The notes under the pieces: generated by a model | What the model was told of the DNA's origin: nothing | Databases searched by the model: none | What the model saw: only the letters and a program-made list of their open reading frames with translations | Assembly (NCBI RefSeq): GCF_964204645.1 | Contig: NW_027437467.1 | Location: 15,250-79,249 of the forward strand | DNA: 64,000 nucleotides | DNA from: Tubulanus polymorphus | Taxonomy: Eukaryota; Animalia; Nemertea | Direction of reading: 5' to 3' | Translations under genes and position numbers: made by a program | In this document: positions 36,661 to 48,600 of the stretch, piece by piece | How the letters are laid out: each line of letters starts with the position of its first letter | How positions within the stretch are numbered: position 1 is the stretch's first letter

Positions 36661-39600
36661 CGCGCAGAGCGACGTTTTCGCGTCGAAAAGTGCTTTTCCT
36701 GACGATTTGAGCGCTTTTACGCATCGGCATTGTCGTTTTTCCGATAGGGGGAATATTCGAAAAGAAACGTCTTTTCTCGCGCAGAGCGACGTTTTCGCGT
36801 CGAAAAGTGCTTTTCCTGACGATTTGAGCGCTTTTACGCATCGACATTGTCGTTTTTCCGATAGGGAGAATATTTGATAAGAAAACGTCTTTTCTCGCGC
36901 TGAACTACGTTTTCGCGTCGAAAAGTGCTTTTCCTGACGATTTGAGCGCTTTTACGCATCGACATTGTCGTTTTACCGATAGGGAGAATATTCGACACGA
37001 AAACGTCTTTTCTCGCGCTGAACGACGTTTTCGCGTCCAATAGTGCTTTTCCTGACGATTTGAGCGCTTTTACGCATCGACATTGTCGTTTTACCGATAG
37101 TGAGAATATTCGATACGAAAACGACTTTTCTCGCGCTGAACGACGTTTTCGGGTCGAAAAGTGCTTTCCTGACGATTTGAGCGCTTTTACGCATCGGCAT
37201 TGTCGTTTTTCCGATAGGGGGAATATTCGATACGACTTTTCTCGCGCTGAACGACGTTTTCGGGTCGAAAAGTGCTTTTCCTGACGATTTGAGCGCTTTT
37301 ACGCATCGACATTGTCGTTTTACCGATAGGGAGAATATTCGATACGAAAACGTCTTTTCTCGCGCTGAACGACGTTTTCGCGTCGAAAAGTGCTTTTCCT
37401 GACGATTTGAGCGCTTTTACGCATCGGCATTGTCGTTTTTCCGATAGGGGGAATATTCGATACGAAAACGTCTTTTCTCGCGCTGAACGACGTTTTCGCG
37501 TCGAAAAGTGCTTTTCCTGACGATTTGAGCGCTTTTACGCATCGACATTGTCGTTTTTCCGATAGGGGGAATATTCGAAAAGAAAACGTCTTTTCTCGCG
37601 CTGAGCGACGTTTTCGCGTCGAAAAGTGCTTTTCCTGACGATTTGAGCGCTTTTACGCATCGACATTGTCGTTTTTCCGATAGGGGGAATATTCGACACG
37701 AAAACGTCTTTTCTCGCGCTGAGCGACGTTTTCGCGTCGAAAAGTGCTTTTCCTGACGATTTGAGCGCTTTTACGCATCGACATTGTCGTTTTACCGATA
37801 GGGAGAATATTCGACACGAAAACGTCTTTTCTCGCGCCGAACGACGTTTTCGCGTCGAAAAGTGCTTTTCCTGACGATTTGAGCGCTTTAACGCATCGGC
37901 ATTGTCGTTTTTCCGATAGGGAGAATATTCGACACGAAAACGTCTTTTCTCGCGCTGAACGACGTTTTCGCGTCGAAAAGTGCTTTTCCTGACGATTTGA
38001 GCGCTTTTACGCATCGACATTGTCGTTTTTCCGATAGGGGGAATATTCGACACGAAAACGTCTTTTCTCGCGCTGAGCGACGTTTTCGCGTCGAAAAGTG
38101 GTTTTCCTGACGATTTGAGCGCTTTTACGCATCGGCATTGTCGTTTTTCCGATAGGGGGAATATTCGAAAAGAAAACGTCTTTTCTCGCGCAGAGCGACG
38201 TTTTCGCGTCGAAAAGTGCTTTTCCTGACGATTTGAGCGCTTTTACGCATCGGCATTGTCGTTTTTCCGATAGGGGGAATATTCGAAAAGAAAACGTCTT
38301 TTCTCGCGCAGAGCGACGTTTTCGCGTCGAAAAGTGCTTTTCCTGACGATTTGAGCGCTTTTACGCATCGACATTGTCGTTTTTCCGATAGGGAGAATAT
38401 TTGATAAGAAAACGTCTTTTCTCGCGCTGAACTACGTTTTCGCGTCGAAAAGTGCTTTTCCTGACGATTTGAGCGCTTTTACGCATCGACATTGTCGTTT
38501 TACCGATAGGGAGAATATTCGACACGAAAACGTCTTTTCTCGCGCTGAACGACGTTTTCGCGTCCAATAGTGCTTTTCCTTATGATTTGAGCGCTTTTAC
38601 GCATCGACATTGTTGTTTTTTTTCCGATAGGGGGAATATTCGATACGAAAACGTCTTTTCTCGCGTCGAAAAGTGCTTTTCCTGACGATTTGAGCGCTTT
38701 TACGCATCGGCATTGTCGTTTTTCCGATAGGGGGAATGTTCGATACGAAAACGTCTTTTCTCGCGCCGAACGACGTTTTCGCGTCGAAAAGTGCTTTTCC
38801 TGAAGATTTGAGCGCTTTTACGCATCGACATTGTCGTTTTACCGATAGGGAGAATATTCGACACGAAAACGTCTTTTCTCGCGCTGAACGACGTTTTCGC
38901 GTCGAAAAGTGGTTTTCCTGACGATTTGAGCGCTTTTACGCATCGGCATTGTCGTTTTTCCGATAGGGGGAATATTCGAAAAGAAAACGTCTTTCTCGCG
39001 CAGAGCGACGTTTTCGCGTCGAAAAGTGCTTTTCCTGACGATTTGAGCGCTTTTACGCATCGGCATTGTCGTTTTTCCGATAGGGGGAATATTCGAAAAG
39101 AAAACGTCTTTTCTCGCGCAGAGCGACGTTTTCGCGTCGAAAAGTGCTTTTCCTGACGATTTGAGCGCTTTTACGCATCGACATTGTCGTTTTTCCGATA
39201 GGGAGAATATTTGATAAGAAAACGTCTTTTCTCGCGCTGAACTACGTTTTCGCGTCGAAAAGTGCTTTTCCTGACGATTTGAGCGCTTTTACGCATCGAC
39301 ATTGTCGTTTTACCGATAGGGAGAATATTCGACACGAAAACGTCTTTTCTCGCGCTGAACGACGTTTTCGCGTCCAATAGTGCTTTTCCTGACGATTTGA
39401 GCGCTTTTACGCATCGACATTGTCGTTTTACCGATAGTGAGAATATTCGATACGAAAACGACTTTTCTCGCGCTGAACGACGTTTTCGGGTCGAAAAGTG
39501 CTTTTCCTGACGATTTGAGCGCTTTTACGCATCGACATTGTCGTTTTACCGATAGGGAGAATATTCGACACGAAAACGTCTTTTCTCGCGCCGAACGACG

Positions 39601-42600
39601 TTTTCGCGTCGAAAAGTGCTTTTCCTGACGATTTGAGCGCTTTAACGCATCGGCATTGTCGTTTTTCCGATAGGGAGAATATTCGACACGAAAACGTCTT
39701 TTCTCGCGCGCTGAACGACGTTTTCGCGTCGAAAAGTGCTTTTCCTGACGATTTGAGCGCTTTTACGCATCGACATTGTCGTTTTTCCGATAGGGGGAAT
39801 ATTCGACACGAAAACGTCTTTTCTCGCGCTGAGCGACGTTTTCGCGTCGAAAAGTGGTTTTCCTGACGATTTGAGCGCTTTTACGCATCGGCATTGTCGT
39901 TTTTCCGATAGGGGGAATATTCGAAAAGAAAACGTCTTTTCTCGCGCAGAGCGACGTTTTCGCGTCGAAAAGTGCTTTTCCTGACGATTTGAGCGCTTTT
40001 ACGCATCGGCATTGTCGTTTTTCCGATAGGGGGAATATTCGAAAAGAAAACGTCTTTTCTCGCGCAGAGCGACGTTTTCGCGTCGAAAAGTGCTTTTCCT
40101 GACGATTTGAGCGCTTTTACGCATCGACATTGTCGTTTTTCCGATAGGGAGAATATTTGATAAGAAAACGTCTTTTCTCGCGCTGAACTACGTTTTCGCG
40201 TCGAAAAGTGCTTTTCCTGACGATTTGAGCGCTTTTACGCATCGACATTGTCGTTTTACCGATAGGGAGAATATTCGACACGAAAACGTCTTTTCTCGCG
40301 CTGAACGACGTTTTCGCGTCCAATAGTGCTTTTCCTGACGATTTGAGCGCTTTTACGCATCGACATTGTCGTTTTACCGATAGTGAGAATATTCGATACG
40401 AAAACGACTTTTCTCGCGCTGAACGACGTTTTCGGTCGAAAAGTGCTTTTCCTGACGATTTGAGCGCTTTTACGCATCGGCATTGTCGTTTTTCCGATAG
40501 GGGGAATATTCGATACGACTTTTCTCGCGCTGAACGACGTTTTCGGGTCGAAAAGTGCTTTTCCTGACGATTTGAGCGCTTTTACGCATCGACATTGTCG
40601 TTTTACCGATAGGGAGAATATTCGATACGAAAACGTCTTTTCTCGCGCTGAACGACGTTTTCGCGTCGAAAAGTGCTTTTCCTGACGATTTGAGCGCTTT
40701 TACGCATCGGCATTGTCGTTTTTCCGATAGGGGGAATATTCGATACGAAAACGTCTTTTCTCGCGCCGAACGACGTTTTCGCGTCGAAAAGTGCTTTTCC
40801 TGACGATTTGAGCGCTTTTACGCATCGACATTGTCGTTTTTCCGATAGGGGGAATATTCGAAAAGAAAACGTCTTTTCTCGCGCTGAGCGACGTTTTCGC
40901 GTCGAAAAGTGCTTTTCCTGACGATTTGAGCGCTTTTACGCATCGACATTGTCGTTTTTCCGATAGGGGGAATATTCGACACGAAAACGTCTTTTCTCGC
41001 GCTGAGCGACGTTTTCGCGTCGAAAAGTGCTTTTCCTGACGATTTGAGCGCTTTTACGCATCGACATTGTCGTTTTACCGATAGGGAGAATATTCGACAC
41101 GAAAACGTCTTTTCTCGCGCCGAACGACGTTTTCGCGTCGAAAAGTGCTTTTCCTGACGATTTGAGCGCTTTAACGCATCGGCATTGTCGTTTTTCCGAT
41201 AGGGAGAATATTCGACACGAAAACGTCTTTTCTCGCGCTGAACGACGTTTTCGCGTCGAAAAGTGCTTTTCCTGACGATTTGAGCGCTTTTACGCATCGA
41301 CATTGTCGTTTTTCCGATAGGGGGAATATTCGACACGAAAACGTCTTTTCTCGCGCTGAGCGACGTTTTCGCGTCGAAAAGTGGTTTTCCTGACGATTTG
41401 AGCGCTTTTACGCATCGGCATTGTCGTTTTTCCGATAGGGGGAATATTCGAAAAGAAAACGTCTTTTCTCGCGCAGAGCGACGTTTTCGCGTCGAAAAGT
41501 GCTTTTCCTGACGATTTGAGCGCTTTTACGCATCGGCATTGTCGTTTTTCCGATAGGGGGAATATTCGAAAAGAAAACGTCTTTTCTCGCGCAGAGCGAC
41601 GTTTTCGCGTCGAAAAGTGCTTTTCCTGACGATTTGAGCGCTTTTACGCATCGACATTGTCGTTTTTCCGATAGGGAGAATATTTGATAAGAAAACGTCT
41701 TTTCTCGCGCTGAACTACGTTTTCGCGTCGAAAAGTGCTTTTCCTGACGATTTGAGCGCTTTTACGCATCGACATTGTCGTTTTACCATACGCACTGAAA
41801 ACGTCTTTTCTCGCGCTGAGAGACGTTTTCGTGTCGAATAGTGCTTTTCCTGACGATTTGAGCGCTTTTACGCATCGACATTGTCGTTTTACCGATAGTG
41901 AGAATATTCGATACGAAAACGACTTTTCTCGCGCTGAACGACGTTTTCGGGTCGAAAAGTGCTTTTCCTGACGATTTGAGCGCTTTTACGCATCGGCATT
42001 GTCGTTTTTCCGATAGGGGGAATATTCGATACGACTTTTCTCGCGCTGAACGACGTTTTCGGGTCGAAAAGTGCTTTTCCTGACGATTTGAGCGCTTTTA
42101 CGCATCGACATTGTCGTTTTACCGATAGGGAGAATATTCGATACGAAAACGTCTTTTCTCGCGCTGAACGACGTTTTCGCGTCGAAAAGTGCTTTTCCTG
42201 ACGATTTGAGCGCTTTTACGCATCGGCATTGTCGTTTTTCCGATAGGGGGAATATTCGATACGAAAACGTCTTTTCTCGCGCCGAACGACGTTTTCGCGT
42301 CGAAAAGTGCTTTTCCTGACGATTTGAGCGCTTTTACGCATCGACATTGTCGTTTTTCCGATAGGGGGAATATTCGAAAAGAAAACGTCTTTTCTCGCGC
42401 TGAGCGACGTTTTCGCGTCGAAAAGTGCTTTTCCTGACGATTTGAGCGCTTTTACGCATCGACATTGTCGTTTTTCCGATAGGGGGAATATTCGACACGA
42501 AAACGTCTTTTCTCGCGCTGAGCGACGTTTTCGCGTCGAAAAGTGCTTTTCCTGACGATTTGAGCGCTTTTACGCATCGACATTGTCGTTTTACCGATAG

Positions 42601-45600
42601 GGAGAATATTCGACACGAAAACGTCTTTTCTCGCGCCGAACGACGTTTTCGCGTCGAAAAGTGCTTTTCCTGACGATTTGAGCGCTTTAACGCATCGGCA
42701 TTGTCGTTTTTCCGATAGGGAGAATATTCGACACGAAAACGTCTTTTCTCGCGCTGAACGACGTTTTCGCGTCGAAAAGTGCTTTTCCTGACGATTTGAG
42801 CGCTTTTACGCATCGACATTGTCGTTTTACCGATAGGGAGAATATTCGACACGAAAACGTCTTTTCTCGCGCTGAACGACGTTTTCGCGTCGAAAAGTGC
42901 TTTTCCTGACGATTTGAGCGCTTTTACGCATCGGCATTGTCGTTTTACCGATAGGGAGAATATTCGACACGAAAACGTCTTTTCTCGCGCTGAACGACGT
43001 TTTCGCGTCGAAAAGTGCTTTTCCTGACGATTTGAGCGCTTTTACGCATCGGCATTGTCGTTTTACCGATAGGGAGAATATTCGACACGAAAACGTCTTT
43101 TCTCGCGCTGAACGACGTTTTCGCGTCGAAAAGTGCTTTTCCTGACGATTTGAGCGCTTTTACGCATCGACATTGTCGTTTTACCGATAGGGAGAATATT
43201 CGACACGAAAACGTCTTTTCTCGCGCTGAACGACGTTTTCGCGTCGAAAAGTGCTTTTCCTGACGATTTGAGCGCTTTTACGCATCGACATTGTCGTTTT
43301 TCCGATAGGGGGAATATTCGAAAAGAAAACGTCTTTTCTCGCGCTGAGCGACGTTTTCGCGTCGAAAAGTGCTTTTCCTGACGATTTGAGCGCTTTTACG
43401 CATCGACATTGTCGTTTTTCCGATAGGGGGAATATTCGATAAGAAAACGTCTTTTCTCGCGCTGAACTACGTTTTCGCGTCGAAAAGTGCTTTTCCTGAC
43501 GATTTGAGCGCTTTTACGCATCGACATTGTCGTTTTACCGATAGGGAGAATATTCGACACGAAAACGTCTTTTCTCGCGCTGAACGACGTTTTCGCGTCG
43601 AAAAGTGCTTTTCCTGACGATTTGAGCGCTTTTACGCATCGACATTGTCGTTTTTCCGATAGGGGGAATATTCGATAAGAAAACGACTTTTCTCGCGCTG
43701 AACTACGTTTTCGCGTCGAAAAGTGCTTTTCCTGACGATTTGAGCGCTTTTACGCATCGACATTGTCCATTGTCGTTTTACCGATAGGGAGAATATTCGA
43801 CACGAAAACGTCTTTTCTCGCGCTGAACGACGTTTTCGCGTCGAAAAGTGGTTTTCCTGACGATTTGAGCGCTTTTACGCATCGGCATTGTCGTTTTTCC
43901 GATAGGGGAATATCGAAAAGAAAACGTCTTTTCTCGCGCAGAGCGACGTTTTCGCGTCGAAAAGTGCTTTTCCTGACGATTTGAGCGCTTTTACGCATCG
44001 GCATTGTCGTTTTTCCGATAGGGGGAATATTCGAAAGAAAACGTCTTTTCTCGCGCAGAGCGACGTTTCGCGTCGAAAAGTGCTTTTCCTGACGATTTGA
44101 GCCGCTTTTACGCATCGACATTGTCGTTTTTCCGATAGGGAGAATATTTGATAAGAAAACGTCTTTTCTCGCGCTGAACTACGTTTTCGCGTCGAAAAGT
44201 GCTTTTCCTGACGATTTGAGCGCTTTTACGCATCGACATTGTCGTTTTACCGATAGGGAGAATATTCGACACGAAAACGTCTTTTCTCGCGCTGAACGAC
44301 GTTTTCGCGTCCAATAGTGCTTTTCCTGACGATTTGAGCGCTTTACGCATCGACATTGTCGTTTTACCGATAGTGAGAATATTCGATACGAAAACGACTT
44401 TTCTCGCGCTGAACGACGTTTTCGGGTCGAAAAGTGCTTTTCCTGACGATTTGAGCGCTTTTACGCATCGGCATTGTCGTTTTTCCGATAGGGGGAATAT
44501 TCGATACGACTTTTCTCGCGCTGAACGACGTTTTCGGGTCGAAAAGTGCTTTTCCTGACGATTTGAGCGCTTTTACGCATCGACATTGTCGTTTTACCGA
44601 TAGGGAGAATATTCGATACGAAACGTCTTTTCTCGCGCTGAACGACGTTTTCGCGTCGAAAAGTGCTTTTCCTGACGATTTGAGCGCTTTTACGCATCGA
44701 CATTGTCGTTTTTCCGATAGGGGAATATTCGAAAAGAAAACGTCTTTTCTCGCGCTGAGCGACGTTTCGCGTCGAAAAGTGCTTTTCCTGACGATTTGAG
44801 CGCTTTTACGCATCGACATTGTCGTTTTTCCGATAGGGGGAATATTCGACACGAAAACGTCTTTTCTCGCGCTGAGCGACGTTTTCGCGTCGAAAAGTGC
44901 TTTTCCTGACGATTTGAGCGCTTTTACGCATCGACATTGTCGTTTTACCGATAGGGAGAATATTCGACACGAAAACGTCTTTTCTCGCGCCGAACGACGT
45001 TTTCGCGTCGAAAAGTGCTTTTCCTGACGATTTGAGCGCTTTAACGCATCGGCATTGTCGTTTTTCCGATAGGGAGAATATTCGACACGAAAACGTCTTT
45101 CTCGCGCTGAACGACGTTTTCGCGTCGAAAAGTGCTTTTCCTGACGATTTGAGCGCTTTTACGCATCGACATTGTCGTTTTACCGATAGGGAGAATATTC
45201 GACACGAAAACGTCTTTTCTCGCGCTGAACGACGTTTTCGCGTCGAAAAGTGCTTTTCCTGACGATTTGAGCGCTTTTACGCATCGGCATTGTCGTTTTA
45301 CCGATAGGGAGAATATTCGACACGAAAACGTCTTTTCTCGCGCTGAACGACGTTTTCGCGTCGAAAAGTGCTTTTCCTGACGATTTGAGCGCTTTTACGC
45401 ATCGGCATTGTCGTTTTACCGATAGGGAGAATATTCGACACGAAAACGTCTTTTCTCGCGCTGAACGACGTTTTCGCGTCGAAAAGTGCTTTTCTGACGA
45501 TTTGAGCGCTTTTACGCATCGACATTGTCGTTTTACCGATAGGGAGAATATTCGACACGAAAACGTCTTTTCTCGCGCTGAACGACGTTTTCGCGTCGAA
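36500..45600 (+). repeat. Domain of degenerate ~13-mer HORs (~1.52-1.53 kb) marked by AAGTGGTTTT, GTCCAATAG, GCTTTAACG and a 6-bp deletion monomer
   Basis: Marker variants recur, e.g. the 6-bp deletion at ~37232, 40514, 42030 and 44505; ORF offsets 1527 (36834/38361) and 1516 (40818/42334). Confidence 0.75.
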
Positions 45601-48600
45601 AAGTGCTTTTCCTGACGATTTGAGCGCTTTTACGCATCGGCATTGTCGTTTTTCCGATAGGGGGAATATTCGATACGAAAACGTCTTTTCTCGCGCTGAA
45701 CGACGTTTTCGCGTCGAAAAGTGCTTTTCCTGGCGATTTGAGCGCTTTTACGCATCGACATTGTCGTTTTACCGATAGGGAGAATATTCGACACGAAAAC
45801 GTCTTTTCTCGCGCCGAACGACGTTTTCGCGTCGAAAAGTGCTTTTCCTGACGATTTGAGCGCTTTTACGCATCGACATTGTCGTTTTACCGATAGGGAG
45901 AATATTCGACACGAAAACGTCTTTTCTCGCGCCGAACGACGTTTTCGCGTCGAAAAGTGCTTTTCCTGACGATTTGAGCGCTTTTACGCATCGGCATTGT
46001 CGTTTTTCCGATAGGGGGAATATTCGATACGAAAACGTCTTTTCTCGCGTCGAAAAGTGCTTTTCCTGACGATTTGAGCGCTTTTACGCATCGGCATTGT
46101 CGTTTTTCCGATAGGGGGAATATTCGATACGAAAACGTCTTTTCTCGCGCCGAACGACGTTTTCGCGTCGAAAAGTGCTTTTCCTGACGATTTGAGCGCT
46201 TTTACGCATCGACATTGTCGTTTTACCGATAGGGAGAATATTCGACACGAAAACGTCTTTTCTCGCGCTGAGCGACGTTTTCGCGTCAAAAAGTGCTTTT
46301 CCTGACGATTTGAGCGCTTTTACGCATCGGCATTGTCGTTTTTCCGATAGGGGGAATATCCGAAAAGAAAACGTCTTTTCTCGCGCTGAGCGACGTTTTC
46401 GCGTCGAAAATTGCTTTTCCTGACGATTTGAGCGCTTTTACGCATCGACATTGTCGTTTTTCCGATAGGGGGAATATTCGATAAGAAAACGTCTTTTCTC
46501 GCGCTGAACTACGTTTTCGCGTCGAAAAGTGCTTTTCCTGACGATTTGAGCGCTTTTACGCATCGACATTGTCGTTTTACCGATAGGGAGAATATTCGAC
46601 ACGAAAACGTCTTTTCTCGCGCTAAACGACGTTTTCGCGTCGAAAAGTGCTTTTCCTGACGATTTGAGCGCTTTTACGCATCGACATTGTCGTTTTACCG
46701 ATAGGGAGAATATTCGACACGAAAACGTCTTTTCTCGCGCTTAGCGACGTTTTCGCGTCGAAAAGTGCTTTTCCTGACGATTTGAGCGCTTTTACGCATC
46801 GGCATTGTCGTTTTTCCGATAGGGGGAATATTCGAAAAGAAAACGTCTTTTCTCGCGCAGAGCGACGTTTTCGCGTCGAAAAGTGCTTTTCCTGACGATT
46901 TGAGCGCTTTTACGCATCGGCATTGTCGTTTTTCCGATAGGGGGAATATTCGATACGAAAACGTCTTTTCTCGCGCCGAACGACGTTTTCGCGTCGAAAA
47001 GTGCTTTTCCTGACGATTTGAGCGCTTTAACGCATCGACATTGTCGTTTTACCGATAGGGAGAATATTCGACACGAAAACGTCTTTTCTCGCGCTGAGCG
47101 ACGTTTTCGCGTCAAAAAGTGCTTTTCCTGACGATTTGAGCGCTTTTACGCATCGGCATTGTCGTTTTTCCGATAGGGGGAATATCCGAAAAGAAAACGT
47201 CTTTTCTCGCGCTGAGCGACGTTTTCGCGTCGAAAAGTGCTTTTCCTGACGATTTGAGCGCTTTTACGCATCGACATTGTCGTTTTACCGATAGTGAGAA
47301 TATTCGATACGAAAACGTCTTTTCTCGCGCTGAACGACGTTTTCGCGTCGAAAAGTGCTTTTCCTGACGATTTGAGTGCTTTTACGCATCGACATTGTCG
47401 TTTTTCCGATAGGGGGAATATTGGATAAGAAAACGTCTTTTCTCGCGCTGAACTACGTTTTCGCGTCGAAAAGTGCTTTTCCTGACGATTTGAGCGCTTT
47501 TACGCATCGACATTGTCGTTTTACCGATAGGGAGAATATTCGACACGAATACGTCTTTTCTCGCGCTAAACGACGTTTTCGCGTCGAAAAGTGCTTTTCC
47601 TGACGATTTGAGCGCTTTTACGCATCGACATTGTCGTTTTACCGATAGGGAGAATATTCGACACGAAAACGTCTTTTCTCGCGCTGAGCGACGTTTTCGC
47701 GTCGAAAAGTGCTTTTCCTGACGATTTGAGCGCTTTTACGCATCGGCATTGTCGTTTTTCCGATAGGGGGAATATTCGAAAAGAAAACGTCTTTTCTCGC
47801 GCAGAGCGACGTTTTCGCGTCGAAAAGTGCTTTTCCTGACGATTTGAGCGCTTTTACGCATCGGCATTGTCGTTTTTCCGATAGGGGGAATATTCGATAA
47901 GAAAACGTCTTTTCTCGCGCTGAACGACGTTTTCGCGTCGAAAAGTGCTTTTCCTGACGATTTGAGCGCTTTTACGCATCGGCATTGTCGTTTTTCCGAT
48001 AGGAAGAATATTCAATACGAAAACGTCTTTTCTGGCGCCGAACGACGTTTTCGCGTCGAAAAGTGCTTTTCCTGACGATTTGAGCGCTTTTACGCATCGA
48101 CATTGTCGTTTTACCGATAGGGAGAATATTCGACACGAAAACGTCTTTTCTCGCTCTGAACGACGTTTTCGCGTCGAAAAGTGCTTTTCCTGACGATTTG
48201 AGCGCTTTTACGCATCGGCATTGTCGTTTTTCCGATAGGGGGAATATTCGAAAAGAAAACGTCTTTTCTCGCGCAGAGCGACGTTTTCGCGTCGAAAAGT
48301 GCTTTTCCTGACGATTTGAGCGCTTTTACGCATCGACATTGTCGTTTTACCGATAGGGGGAATATTCGACGCGAAAACGTCTTTTCTCGCTCTCAACGAC
48401 GTTTTCGCGTCGAAAAGTGCTTTTCCTGACGATTTGAGCGCTTTTACGCATCGGCATTGTCGTTTTTCCGATAGGGGGAATATTCGATACGAAAACGTCT
48501 TTTCTCGCGCTGAACGACGTTTTCGCGTCGAAAAGTGCTTTTCCCTGACGATTTGAGCGCTTTTACGCATCGACATTGTCGTTTTTCCGATAGGGGGAAT

